DNA of 63,991 nucleotides, the filler included, from Cercozoa sp. M6MM (Eukaryota; Protista; Endomyxa: Ascetosporea), in NCBI GenBank assembly GCA_040357565.1. It is 13 parts of 13 records of this genome, joined end to end, with 100 filler letters (N's around TTAATTAATTAA, not from the genome) between each part and the next. Parts side by side here need not be neighbours in the genome. Positions count along the whole stretch, not along the records: positions 24,051 to 39,024 come from JBDODJ010000315.1; 12 more parts are not named here. One strand, written 5' to 3'. This document shows positions 24,051-37,880 of this stretch, in pieces. Position numbers and translations under genes: made by a program. A model generated the notes under the pieces. The model was not told the DNA's origin and ran no database searches. It saw only the letters and a list, made by a program, of their open reading frames with translations. The stretch's first letter is position 1, and each line of letters opens with the position of its first letter.

Positions 24051-26057
24051 GTGGATATAAAACTACACCCAGAATCGCACCAGAATCGCACCAGAATTTA
24101 AAAACATCTTGCATCGGTTCGAGCAAGTGCAAATCGCGCTCGACTTCATCCACAGATGGTGCCAGTTTTAACTACAGTGGATTTCTAGGACAGTACCAGT
24201 GCTGTGGTCTGCCGACTCACTCAAGTGTCAAGTAAGTTTACCTCTGGACAGGAAGGGTAGTGACTTGTACAATCGCGAGCTGACAGCGATGGCCCAAGAA
24301 CGAAAAGGAAGACTGGCCCGTCGAAAGGCCGCCGAGCAAAGCGCCGAACAGCAACGACTTGCAAAGGAAGAACGCAGACTCGAGTCGAAGCGAGCAGCTG
24401 CAGTCGCGTTGCTAAAGAAGGCGCAGGCTGATTTCGGGAGCGATCTGCTTGACGAACTGCTCAACCCTATCTTCCACGGGTCCAGGCACGCCGACTTCGG
24501 AACTTCTAAACGTGAGCGCATTATCGAGGCGCGATATAAATTGCTGCACCAACACTTGTTAACGGATGGGTCGACCGCTCGGGCTCGACAGGTATCGAGC
24601 TTTCTCACTTGATAAATTTAAACAAATTTCGTGTAGATTTTACTGCGCTGTGTTGGTATGTGGTATGAGTCAATCTACAACAGCAGATCAATTTACTAAT
24701 AGGTCCGAGACGCGTTTGCCAAGTTTGCCAACACCGTCGCGCAAAAGTGGGTGCAGTTGCGAGACCGCTTCGGCGTGCTTCACGCACAAACAAAATCAAA
24801 GGCCTTTTGGCAACAGTGGTCGCCCCCAAGTGCGAACAGACTGATAATGGAGAAACTTGGTGTCTACAATGCGGGCCAGTATAGATTGTGCGACCTCCGG
24901 CAGCCCTCGACGCGAACTCATGATCATAAACGGAGCAAGCCCCAAGGATCTTCAGGCGTGATTCTGATTCCCGAGCTGTCTGTGCTTGCCCCCTCAGAGA
25001 AATGTCTCTGTACGTTCGCCCAGTTCAAGTTTCAGTTAGAGTTGGGCGACACCCAACAATGTGACACTCTGTTGTTGAGCGACGCCGAAGAAAGGGTGCG
25101 TGCTCAAGCCAGGTTGACTCGGGCACTTGGCTCGTTGCATGAGTTCTTGGCGCACACCTGTCCGTCGGTCGAAAGCATGACGCAAGCGCTGGTCCCCCTG
25201 TTCGAACAGCGTTTGGCCGATTTGCTTGGTACAGCAAACAGTAAACTGCTGTGATAGTGCGGGTGCAAATATAAATTCGCTGTTGTGCCAACATTAATAG
25301 CTAGGGCGGACGCACTGCGCGAAGAACTCCGCGCCGAGTTGCTGCAGCTGGAGCAGAACCGAGCGGCGGCTGTTCACCAGGCAGCCAGTGAAATGGCGCG
25401 CTTGTACACTCCAAAGTGGCCTGTGCTGCCAGACACTGCCACCAGTCTGGAGATCGATGATTTTGTGGACATTGTGACCACTATGGCAGAAACCAGCGCA
25501 CGCACCATTGCGGATGAAACTCTTCAACTTGCGCAGCAGCTTTGGGCGCATATCATGGCTTCCACTGTACCACTCAGTCACCCCGAGCTATCCTTGAGTC
25601 GAAATACCGTGAACTTGTCTTGTTGGGTACTGTGTAGGAAGCTATCGAGCTCCCTGGTCTGGGCTCGGCACTGATAGAAGACTTTGTGCTGCTTCTGGAG
25701 CCCGAAGCCGTCGAGACTTTTGAGAGCTTGAGTCGCGCCAGTACTCAGTTGCAATCGATCAGTCCGTCCAAAGCAGCGAAGGATGGTAAGTAAACTGTAC
25801 CAGTTGCCCGAACTGCCTTCCTTTGCCACCACAGCAGCATCTGTGACATGTCCGAATGACTCAGAAGCTGCTGCGTTTGACTTCTTCATGCTGCGTCCGG
25901 TGTTGCGCGACTTCGTGGACTCCTCGGACTCGCTATTCGCGCTCGCGTCGCCACTTAAAGCACTGGGACTTCTAGGCTTGGTTAGTTGTACAGAATGACC
26001 AATTCCGTATTCTATTCTACTGATTGGATTGTGTCCTGGCCTGTGCGTGTGGTGTGT

Positions 26058-26134
<77 letters not shown>

Positions 26135-27083
26135 CGACTGGAAGAAGGGGTAGTCTTGCCGCTTGATTTCACCAGGTTTGAGCGCCAGGTAGCTGCCTTT
26201 GCGGGTACCTATCGAACCGCGACAGAAAACGTATCACGTTCTATGTCTCCGATATTCATAGTGCTTAAACAAAGCACCTTCGACACGCAATAGGTGGCGT
26301 GTTTCGCCAAGATTCAGGGACGAACAAGGCGAAAACCAGTGTCGACGTCGGTTGTACGTTCCGGTCCCCGCGGACAGTGAGTTGTTTTTGAACGAATATC
26401 CAATGCGACATTCAAACTCACAACTACATAAACTTAGGTCACAAAGCTTTTTTTCGGACGTCCTCCGTTCGCATCAGCACTACAACTCCATCAAACGAGT
26501 GGAAGAGAACTATACACACGCTGTGTATGCGTTTATTTGGCTTGCGAAACCCGAGAACGCCGATCGAATGGCAGCGTGGTCGACCGATCTGCACGCAGCT
26601 CTGCAGAGGTTCCGTTTGCTAGACTGGCCGACTGACGCCACCCCCTTGTCCGAGTTGCCTGCGCTCAGTGTGGTTCCAGAAATGGTGCGCGCGATGACAC
26701 TCACGTGGAAGCTACGGCTTCCGCTCTTGCTGAGCATTGAAATGTGGCTGCTGCGCTGTGCACAAGCGAAGCTGCCGGCGCCTATTGTGTGTGCAGCAAG
26801 GCAACTCGCGAGCTGGCATGCCTCGCACAACCCACTCCTTGACGTCTCCGCCCAGCGCATGCTCTTTGTCTCCTCTTTGGTATTAACCTCAATAAATGGT
26901 CACCTGCGTCTGATTGGCCGCATCACCCACTGTAACTAACGCCGTGTTTTCTGAAAACCAGCCTGTGAAGAAAGTGGTCTGGACGCTTGGTTGCAACGAC
27001 GACGGCGACATCCGCGTACTACTCCAGCCGCAGTCTCAGCCCGAGCCGCAGCTTTCAGTTTCGGCCGACGCTTAGGCTACTGA
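24051..27083 (+). CDS. Large hypothetical protein (relatively long exons; start uncertain)
   Basis: ORFs 24199-24591, 24703-25240, 25301-25585, about 25638-25980 and about 26294-26931 can be joined across GT-AG introns. No family was recognised. Confidence 0.6.
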
Positions 27084-27281
27084 AACATGGACATGTGCAG
27101 CATCGTCTCGATGCCAAGCAGCCTGAGATACCTAAACATCACTACCCCGCAAAAGCTCAATGAGCACCCCAGTCCCGTTGATTAGAACTCGTTTTAAACG
27201 GACTAAAACTGCCAAAAACCTGGAAAGTAAACAGTATTTTAGTTCGAGTTTTGATCCGCAGACGTGTGCACAGGTGTGAGC

Positions 27282-28777
27282 ATGAGCGCGTTGCCCCAAA
27301 AGCGCCGTCGTGTGGTTTCGGCGGAATCTCAAAACCTTGGCGAGTGGCCGTATTTTTTGTTTTGGCCCCTGCTTTTTTTTGCCCAAAACCGGTGGATTTT
27401 TGTCGTATTTGCCAGCCTCCCAGCGGATGGAATGGAAAAACTCGCTATCGACGACAGTTCGTTTCTGGCGGAATTCCCACGACTGAGGTGTTCGCGTGGT
27501 TGTGGCAAGAAGCACAAGCAGTCAGTTTATTTTCATTTCAGCTTCTGCGCTTACGTTTTCCGTATTTTTCGACAGTTTTTGCTGTGAGTGCGGAAGCCGT
27601 CTGGAGCACGAATTGAGCGAGCGCATTCCGCGAGTACTTTATTTTTCCCTTTTGGTTCTTTGATGCAGAGTGCTGCTGTAGGTGTCTCTGCCTGTTCGTC
27701 TTGACATTGTGCATCATCGTATCAGATTTTTATTTCTTTATTTTTTACTATGAAAACCGAAAAGCTTTTATGAAATAGCGCACGAAAAGAAGTCGAAATC
27801 GACGGCCGTGCATGCACTCACTTTAGGTAACTTTCGTAGTTTAGGATGTTAATCATTTCAATGTGTCAAATATGTAGCACCGCCCGAGCAAGTGCGTTGG
27901 ATGGAATATGACTCTGACTTCCGCGCGGACGACTGGTCGCCAGAAAATACACTTCTGCTTTTTCCTGTACTTTAGTCTCTTTGTTTAGATTGCTTTGATG
28001 TATTTGGCAAACACAGTCGGACGATGCCACACCGGTGCATGAGCTTTCCGACGACGAAATTGCGAATGTGAAAACACTCGTTGTCGTTGATTCAACGTGG
28101 TTTCAGTGGTAAATTGTGCCTAAACATTCTTGAATTTAAGTTTAAAGTGTTTTATTGATTTAGCGGCGGCATTCTGGCCAACAAGCAACTCCAAAGTCTC
28201 AAAAAAGGTGAGTTTTTTCGTTTTGTTTTTTTAAAACAGTTATTCTGTCTTTTGACTTGTGGTTCTGAAGTGAAATTCGCGGCACAAAAAACATTGTTCT
28301 GGCGACATCAAAGCAACGCGTCAGACTACCATCTGTACTCTTGTTTCTGACGTTTCCTTTCTGTGCGAAACTGTTCTTGCGTCCTAGTGCAACGATCGAG
28401 GCAATCTACTACGTCATGCGCGCTCTTCATCTTCGCAAACATGTAAGGTTTTCGCTTTGTGTTTGTTTTCTGACTGATGGAGCTCGTGCAGGGAAGCTAC
28501 GCTGGCGAACAAGATAACCTGCTTTTCTTTTTCAAGTACTACTACGATCTCATTCAGCAGAGGTACGTTTCTTCTGGGTTGGATTGCTGTCGTTCCAGCA
28601 CATGTGCTGTATCTGAGTAGGTACAGCAAGAACGCATCATTGCGACTGCACTCGCATCTGCCGCAGGATTACATTCGCGCTCGCGCTGAGGCCTCAAGCA
28701 CAAGCGCTGCAGCAAGCAACGAGAAGAAACGCTCCCGCACGGAGCCTGCGACCGAAACTGACACGCCTGGTGACTAG
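27282..28777 (+). CDS. DTWD1: DTW-domain tRNA-uridine aminocarboxypropyltransferase (DTWD1-type)
   Basis: N-terminal CxxxC...FCCEC zinc motif, VSLPVRLDIVHH.HEKKSKSTAVHA, TLLLFP, VVVDSTW, KTLFWRHQ, ATIEAIYY and DNLLFFFKYYYDLIQ. Confidence 0.92.
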
Positions 28778-29086
28778 GACCCGGCTTGAAAGCAACGCTT
28801 GGATTCGATTGAAACTGACTGACTCTAGTACAACTTGTAGTCGGCCGACCGGTCCCAAACGTTGTTGATCATGGCAACATCTCAAGCACCCTTCCAACGC
28901 ACTGGATGCCGGGGGATGCCTTCAATGTGGACCTATCATACTCCGGCTATGATCGGTTTGATCGTCTGCTCTTGAACAACGGGTCGCCTGTCTCCCGTTT
29001 TAAACATCTTAGCGTGTGCGGGCGTGTGTAAATTACACTGCAGTTCAATAGGTAAAAGCAGATGGAACGCGCTTGCGCGCTCGATC

Positions 29087-29889
29087 ATGCCTGTCACCGT
29101 GCAGAAGCAAAATATGATCCGTGCGGCGCGTGCAGCACACACGGCGGTTTCGAGCGCCAAGGCAGCGCCCAGACTTGTATTTTTACATTCAGTTGATTCA
29201 ATCTGTCGTCATTGTAATACGTAATTCAGGTGGATGCCTGTCGCAAGCGCATCGTGTTTGCGCTCGCCTTTTTGCAACGTCAGGTCAATTTTACCATGTG
29301 CACTGCAGTTTTTCTGACTGGGACCATTGAAATCATGCTGCACCACACAGATGCAACTGACGGAAGTGTACGGAACTGCGGAAGCCACTGTTACTTTCGT
29401 CGGTTGTACGATCGGTGGCGAGGTGCAGGTTACCTCAGCGTCGCAGCTGGTGGAGGTACATGCTTTGCTCTCTGTTTTAGACAGTACCCAATAGATAGAC
29501 CAAATGTAGGAGAGCAAAATTGACGAACTGAACAAAATTATGCTGCAGAATCCAGTCACTGGTTTGTGTGTATTGCTTCTTATTGATTGGTATAATGTGT
29601 GCTGGTTGAGAAGGATCCGAACGAAGTCAAGACTCAAGGGAACAAGCCGGCGGCGACTCTGTCAGTGGTACCCATTTGAAATAATGAGAGAGAAAGTCTC
29701 AACATGTCAAAATGCAGGCATGTCGCGACTACGCAATCGAATAACTGGCAAGAGAGACGAGACACGATCATGTACAGTTGACTTTGCTATTTCATACTGG
29801 ATGCTATAGTCTTGGCTCTGAGTGCAGTTATGCGCTCCCAAATGGAGAAAGCCTTCGATAGGATTCATGAAGAGATTGAGGTGCTTTGA
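29087..29889 (+). CDS. Hypothetical small multi-exon protein
   Basis: ATG at 29087 and several AG/GT-bounded open segments; no homology recognised. Confidence 0.3.
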
Positions 29890-30264
29890 CCGTCAGACTG
29901 TCTCATAACTAATAAATAAACGCATGTGAATAAAAACAGAAAACGCGAGTCGACTTCAAACAGGCCGGGCTCGACGGAGACATTTTCGCCGGTTTCTCGT
30001 ACCGACGGATTTTGATTTCTCTGTGTGCTTGACAGTGCGGCATTTTGCGATCAGGTTTGGTGGCGCCGGCTTTGAGATTGAAGTGCTCGTCAAGACACCT
30101 TCCGATCCGCGTGTCGGTGCCTGCCAGGAGCAGTCACCGGCTAGCGACTAATGTGGGGTGAGTGAAGTGCCGTAAATTTACTGTCGGTATGGACTGCTGT
30201 TGTGCCCGTCGTGAACGTTAACGTAAGCGTCTTACGTTTAGTTACTGTACTGAAGTAAATCACG

Positions 30265-30922
30265 TCAAGCCAGGGAGCTCCGGGGGCGCTTAGCAGAGAC
30301 CTTGCGAGGCGTCTGATCGCGATCGCTTCTCAGTCCCGACCGACTCGGCGTCGACGCAGCCTGTTGTCGTGCTGGTTGCCGAACCCGTTGCTGCTGCTGC
30401 TGTGTTTGAGCTCCAGCGATGACAAAGTCGGCATTCTCACGGTTCAGCAAGGACTGAGCGTCGTCCTGCTCACAATTAAAACAATAACAGACCAATCCAA
30501 GCACACGAAAACGAAGAATACGGTCGAAAGCGGAGCATCGGGAACAGCGGCCGGAACCACGCGCAGTGTGTTGCCTGTCGTGCCCAGCAACTCGCACTTC
30601 TCGCCTACAAACAACTTAGTTCATACATTTGACACTAACACAAGGCTGCGTGAAGGTACCATCGCAGTCAAAGATCATGGCAGTGCCCACCAGTTGGGTC
30701 ACGTGCACTTCCAATCTGTCGTCACCTAAATGAGGCGCCTTTGCCTGCATTGGATTCTCCGCTGCGGCTTTAATCTTGATGCCCTGTTAACAGCACACCA
30801 TTTCGAGTACATTTTGGCGAAAAAGCAGTAAGTACCTCCTCCTGCAGCAGCTGGGAGACATTGAACTGCGCCGAATCCAACAGAAACAGCACTTCCTCCT
30901 CGACCCACTCGTCATCCGACAT
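30265..30922 (-). CDS. TFIIIC subunit 6-like (triple-barrel domain) protein
   Basis: MSDDEWVEEEVLFLLD...GIKIKAAAENPMQ...TQLVGTAMIFD...CELLGTTGNTLRV has the acidic N-terminus and GT.xIF pattern of the GTF3C6/Sfc7 family. Confidence 0.65.
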
Positions 30923-31087
30923 AATGATAAATATTAAATTGCCAATCTGTTCTCGTACACAGTGGCTTCTAACTACGACAACAGAAAGGCTGTTTGAAAA
31001 AGGTCTAATTGTACAACTTACGGACAAAAATTTAAGGTATTATCTTTGATCAAAGGATCAAGTCAGCATTATTCTTTGCGCAGTAGC

Positions 31088-33318
31088 ATGCGCACAGGTG
31101 TGCACCGCCAGTTGCGGCCACCGTGGCATATCACACGCCGCTTCATTTCGTCATTTCATCTCGAGCGCGATCTGGCACTTGAGGTCTTCTTGTTTTAACA
31201 TTTTGTTGATGTTCTGTGGAGGGATCTGTCTCCATCCTGTTTTTCTGTGCGATCATATATTGTACAATGCGATCATATATGCGTCATTGTACAGGTGCAT
31301 GCGCCCTACGCATTCGCTGTAAAGGGAGATGACGAGAAACGCTCTGCGACTAGTTGCGACTCCAGGTATCTGCGCTCGCGGAATCGTTCTAAGTGTGCTC
31401 TGACTTGTGATGTGATTTATAGCGTTTGGCACGACGTGGTTGCATTTGATGAACTTGCAGTTGGGGTATCAGTTTCTCTTTTTTTCGATTTCTTTGTTCA
31501 AATTGCTGGTGTTAGGTCGACAATCCTGCTGCTTTCGGAAGTTTCAACGTCTTTGGCGATGAGGTAGTTTGTTTAAAGCAGTTTAGGATCGCTAAAGCAT
31601 CTGTGACGGCAGGAGGATTCGCTGAAACTCGACGAAATTGCCGATTGCAACGTGCGCATGCAACGCCGAAACATCACAGGTACGCCGTTTTAATGAAATA
31701 TATACAGGTGAAACATGGTTCCTATAGGCAAATGTCCATCATATGGAACGGCGCTTTTGCGAGAATTCCGACGTCTGTACCGACAGCGTGATCGGCACAT
31801 TGACGCATTCTTCTGGAGCAATCTCGATCGAATTTATGACGAGTATTGTCATCTTTATCCTTTCCTTCCATGTTGTGCTTCCATGTTGTGTCAACTGTGA
31901 ACTTTGTGCGGATTGTAGATGCAAGCCAGTTGAAACGCTCCGCATCTTCCGTTGGATGAGCGAAGCGCTGATGCGACGCGAGGATGTCTACCAGTTGCAA
32001 CATGTACTCTTTTCTGTTTACCCCCCCCCCCCCGCCCCTTTAGTTATCCTTGTGTACAGTTGCTGTTGCGAGCGAGATCGTACCTCCAGTGGCAACTAAC
32101 GCCGTAAGTTAATGTTAGGTCCAAATGGAGGGTACAAACGGACTGTACAAATGGCTGTACAAATGGTACAACGTGCACAGAGAGCAACGCGTTCGTCTGT
32201 TGGACCGGCATGTCGATGATGTCGCCGCCATTCATCGTAACTGCGAGGGCGCGCTGCGGCTGCTGATGACGCGCGGTGTTTTCGACCGCCGACGCGCTGA
32301 GCAGTGGTTTCCAATGTCCAGGTACCTTGTTACATTTTTACCTCTTCCTTACTCCATGTGTACCTGTCCTTGTGTACCTTTTAGTAAGTATCTGTCTATG
32401 TGTACCTGATTATTTTGTGCCCTAGTACTCGTACGCTGGACACCTTGTTGCTGAACCGAGCTAATGTGGACTGGAGTGCCCTGAATCGCGTGTTGCAACA
32501 TCGGCAGTCGGCGTATGTTCTCCCTTTAGGGTCTGGGGGGGGGGGGGGTAAACTTTATTGCGTGTGAACTGTAGAGATATCATGCTGCTGCCGGTGTTAC
32601 TGACGGGATCGTTGCCGCGTGGTACAGTTTGCCCTGTTTACCCACCTTATTTGACTTCCTGTTTACCCCTATTTGCCCTCTTTTACCCTCTTTCGCCCCC
32701 CCCACAGTATCGGGTGACGACATGGGCGACCTGCGCGTGTCGCGTGCTTCCTCATCGCTGAGCGAACTGGACGCTTGTCTGCGTTTTGCCTTGTACACTT
32801 TCTCTGATTGATGACGGTTGTCTTTGCGGGCTGATGTTACTTCTTAAACGTGACAGGTGGCCCGATCACTCCCTGTCACTCGCACTGCAAATCCTCGCCC
32901 AGATACAGCACCGCGCCTTTCCCATGTTGGCTGCTTTGGCTCGTTCTCTGGCTGGTATCTTTGCTACTTTCTGTACAGTCTGTTTTTACTTGTTTTTGCA
33001 ACAGCTCGCGCTGGCAACGGAGGAGACGGCGCACCTGCGAACCCGCTGACGCTGTCGCAAGTGCTCCAACAATGCAGAGTACGCTTCCCCCTGTGTTCTT
33101 ACTTTCCTTTCGAGTGCTTTCATTTGTATAGAGTCTCAAACAATACATGGAGTCCATTCGAGACAATGCCGCACGCGAGGATGTACAGTTTCTATCTTAA
33201 TGTTTGACGCTGTCAACACGCGTGTGGAATTGACAGCTGCGACTGTGTGCACACGCCCGGCAACGCTCCGATCGAGCACGCCAAAATGAGGTTGCTGCGT
33301 CCAAAAACCTATGCACAG

Positions 33319-33367
<49 letters not shown>

Positions 33368-33377
33368 NNNNNNNNNN

Positions 33378-33426
<49 letters not shown>

Positions 33427-33713
33427 CTAGAATGCCCAAATTGCACAGAAACTAGAGTGGAAGAAACGCATTAAAGGACGAGAGATTCTTCGGCTTTTGG
33501 ATGAGTATTTGTGTTTTCTGTGTTTTGTTTTCAAATGTTATTTAAACGTGTTTCAGAGAGAACACGGACGAAGACGAGCAACTTCCGACCAGGAGAAGGC
33601 GTCCTGTTTTGGTAAGACGCTGTGTTGGTTGGCTTTCCCCTTTTTGTATTTTTGTTTGTACCCAGGTGCACGCACTGGATGACACGCAAGAAGACTTGTT
33701 AGAGTACAATTGA
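31088..33713 (+). CDS. Hypothetical helical protein, probably mitochondrial; many short exons
   Basis: R-rich N-terminus MRTGVHRQLRPPWHITRRFISS. In-frame exons include RHIDAFFWSNLDRIYDE|CKPVETLRIFRWM and it ends DTQEDLLEYN-TGA. Confidence 0.55.
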
Positions 33714-33860
33714 TATCAAACTTCTAAATTATCGATGCCTGGTGATCTAGGACACTCGTGGAGAAATGGCAGCACTTAAACTTTGAAATTCCGCGCTCTG
33801 TTTCGCGTAACCTTTTGCTTGCTTTGAGAATGAAAATCTTGATTGAATTGCTGTTTGCAG

Positions 33861-35736
33861 AAGAATCATTGCGACAGAGCAAAGGAGAAATGCGCGAAAA
33901 CTTTCACGTGAGTTCTTTGTGATTTCTCTCTGTTACTTTTAATAATTTAAGGTGTATTTGTGCAGCTTACCAAGCCAAAAGATACCTCAAAAGAAGCCAA
34001 CTGGCGTGCCATTCTCGATGATCGGTACAACAGATTTACTGTCAGAACGTGGTTCACAATAACGACAAAGCGTCTGTAGAGACGTCTCACACCTCGAGCA
34101 GTGTCTCAATCGAAACGACGATGAAACTTTCGCTCTCCGCAGTCAGTTTTGTTTTATTTGAACATGCTTGTTTGTGATGTTTCTTGGTGTAGTGAGGGAG
34201 TCGATGCTGCCTGCATGGTCCCGTGTGCTTGGTATCAGTTTTTATGTTCTTCAATCATAATTTTATTAGTTTTTTGCTGCACAGAGTGTGTATCGTCTTG
34301 GTGCGATCAGATGGTGCTCTTCATAATATTTTTAATGGTTTGGTATTTATTTTAATGTACACAGGACCTCCAGTCGCTGTCGGATGCAACACGAACGCTG
34401 TTGCACCAGCAGGATGAGTGGCCGGTCGAACTGTTCCAGATAATCTTTTTGGTATTTTCTGAACCCACAAGAAAGCTTGATGGTCGTTACTTTTTGTGTT
34501 TTTAACAGTCAACTGCTGCAAGGTTGGGACGCGGCAGCAATCACCGCCCAGACGTGTTTTTCGCCTCACCGGTATTCGTTTCCGTTTTCAAGTGTTTGAA
34601 AATTACTTTTGTCTTAAATAGGGCGTGCGAGATTCGCTTCAGCCACTGGCACGAGTTGCTCGAATGTTTGTGCGACAACTGCAGTGAGTTCTTTGCCTTT
34701 TTAGTTTCCGAGTGCAAATCTTATGTGTGCAGACGAAAACGAGTCTTCTCGTTGGCTGATCCGATGCGCAAGCGAAGCTCGCCTTTGCCCATCCTTGGCG
34801 TGCGTTTCCTTCTGCTGGATAATACAAGACTGCGTAGTTTGTTGTCAAACAGGGCACTGTGGACATGTTGCTCGCTGTGCTGACATTGAGCAATGACGCG
34901 CAATCCGTCGCTTCTGTATTTCTGCACTTTCTTCCAATTGTCTGATATTTTATCACTCTATCTCGCAGCTTTTGGGCTTGATTCAAGAAGGCCGACTCAG
35001 TTTCCCTGCACTCGATCGGTATCACCTGTGATTTACTTTCGGTATCTTCTAACGTGTCGACTTTTTAAGGTATGCGTTCCTGCATGCGATGAGTGCCTGC
35101 ATTGCTCTGGAAAACAATGGCAACAACAACAAAGCGACACACATTCTGCGCACTCAAATCGACTATCTCTATGAGGTTCTTTTATAATCTTCCTTAGGTT
35201 TGGGGGCTTTGTATGTTGTCTGTTCTCAGAGACTCGACTTGCAAGAGTTTGCAAAAACGCTTCTGTGGCATCGAACTGACTTGGTACCTGTCACCTATAC
35301 ATAATTGTTCATCTATTTATTTTATTTGTTTATTTTGTTTATTTATTTGTTTATTTATTACCCATCGTGTCCAAACCTGAAGGAGAGAGGCTTAACGTTT
35401 CGGAGTCTGTTGTTGCGTATCGCGGAAGAGGAGAAAGAACGTCCGGCAACGTCCTTCCTGCGCAAGCAGAACAGCGGCAACGTCAAGGACAAGGCGCAGC
35501 TCGCCCAGATTCTCGCCAACGCCAATGCCACCGAGCACTCGTATTCTCAACTTTCTGTCTGTGTGTATGTGGGTGTCTGTGTGTGTGATCTGATCTGTGA
35601 CACAGGCGAGGACGACAACTGCCCGAGTTTGCCCAGGAGATCGCGCTCAGTGCTGCTAATCGGTGGCCTCATTAGTCTTAGTCGCAACGCAAAGACGAGC
35701 TTCCGTTTATTTCGTTTCCGTTCATGCGTACGCTAG
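33861..35736 (+). CDS. Hypothetical multi-exon protein (boundaries approximate)
   Basis: T-rich intron-like and purine-rich exon-like segments alternate, with GT/AG ends; e.g. EEKERPATSFLRKQNSGNVKDKAQLAQILANAN. Confidence 0.4.
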
Positions 35737-35870
35737 TTAGATCAGTCTACAGTACTATGAAACCAGGCCTGGTCTAATTTTCCTAAATATTTACGTTTAC
35801 AATCTGATGGTCCACGTACGCTGAGGCTTTAGCATCCCAATTTCAGTCAGTCCTTTTGGATCGACTTCGA

Positions 35871-36492
35871 TTAGTCAGAGTGCGGGTGCGCCGTACCATG
35901 GTCGGCATGGTCGCAAGTGAGCTCTTGCACACGCTGCCGATCGCACGAAGGGTGCCGCAGCAGAAGCCAGAACTCGTCCAGCGTTGGAACAGTCTCGTCA
36001 CTCTCACTGCAACAAAGCATGCACACGAAAATAACCAAGTACTCACAATTACACAACGGCAAGAAAACAAGCCACCACAAAGTCAGAAACACAGGATACC
36101 GGGTGACCAGTGACTCGGGCAAACGAGGGTACGGCTTGCCAAAAGCGACGCTGCGTAGCACAGCCGACAAGCGGAAGTGTCGGAACACGTGCCTGCAAAC
36201 AGAGAGCCACAGTTTGACTCAGCAGAAGCAGAAAAACAAAAAGTCACACACACCGGACATCCGCGCGGAAGTGAGCAAACAGAGGACCCGAGCCCACAGG
36301 TTTGTTGCACATGCGGTAATACGACGTGTTAGACTGCTGAGGCTCGTCAAAATCGAGCACAGTGATCTGCACGCCGCCCGGCAGCGTGTGAGCCCGCGTG
36401 GCGTGCACCAGAAGTCCAAAAAAGGGAAAACTGTTCAGCGTGAAGAGCAGCAGACCCACGAGGGCCTACAAGTGTCGTTATTGAACAAGCTT

Positions 36493-36578
<86 letters not shown>

Positions 36579-37812
36579 TAGGTCGTGTATTTAGCACTTA
36601 GATCGTACCTGTGCCGATGACGTCAGCAATCGCACGATGCAGAAGAAAAAGTAATGAATCGCCACAGTCGGCAGCAGCAAGAAAAGCACGGCGAACATCA
36701 CAGTTCCCAGCATCAACTGGTCGGCCGCAGGTGACTGTCCGCGCAAGCATGAAAGACTCCAAGCAAAACAAGAAAGGCGAAACAATATACGAGCGAATCG
36801 ACGCGGTCGCGCAACTCGTTTTTCTTCTTGCCGCGAAAGAGTCGCCACAGAGAAGCCAGTGCCGCCAGTTGACCCCTTTAACAAAGGAAACAGACAGGTA
36901 CAAATGGATCTCGATAAAGAAGAGTGTTAAGAGCGTTTCCCTACCGGTAGACAGCAGCCAGTGCCGAGTGCAGCAGTCGAACGTGCGACGTGAACATGTC
37001 GATGCCGTCGACGATGGCGGCCAGCACGAACGAGGCTCCAAACGCTGTGGTTCCAGACAACAGAGACACCGTGACAACTTGTCATTCAGTCGGTACTCTC
37101 TCTCCGACACAAGGATACCGCCCACAATGCCGAGTGCAGCCAAAAGCATCGGCTCCAGCGGCGTCACGAAGGCTGCACAGTCGGGTAAATAAAATCGATA
37201 TTGGATATTCAATAGGTAGGTATGTGGATAGGTAGGCGGATAGGTATAAAGATATATGCATACATAGATATAGACAGACAGATAATAGATAGCTAGATAG
37301 CTAGATAGATAGACATATAGATAGATAGATAGATTAAATAGAAGAAAGGAGAGAAAGGGAGACGGTACTAGTGACGGTGTTCCACATGTCGAACACGTGC
37401 AGGGCGAGCGAGCCGAGAAAGTGATTGAGTGGCGCGTTCAGTTTCATGCCGGCTGGCAGGCCCATGAGCCACTCTGCGCATACGTTTGTACCGCCGTCCA
37501 TTTGGACAACAAGTGTACAGAATGGTCCATTTGGACCAGGTGTACATGGTGGCTACCGGTGTGGCTACGGAGTACGTCGATATGCAACACCTGGCCGAAC
37601 ACGTGCGTGGTTTCGAGCACCAGCGACGCGTGTCGCATCATCACTGCGTGCACAGTCATACCCCCTTTAACCCTCCTATCCCCTAACGCACCAATGCCAC
37701 ATAGCCAGCCGACGAGCACGTCGACCCAGACCTGTTCAAAGAGTGTGTGTGAGAGAGAGAGTGTGTGTGTGAGTGTGTGTGTGTGTGTGTGTGAGTGTGT
37801 GTGTGTGTGTGT

Positions 37813-37880
<68 letters not shown>

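Noticed and set aside
24697-24702. In-frame TAA TAG (and TGA TAG at 25252) suggesting stop-codon reassignment
   Set aside because: Both lie within 3n-length GT-AG introns (24652-24702 and 25241-25300). TAA, TAG and TGA all end conserved genes at the expected positions.
29162-29229. Possible GC-AG intron
   Set aside because: An in-phase GT donor lies 15 nt upstream and there is no homology to decide between the two.
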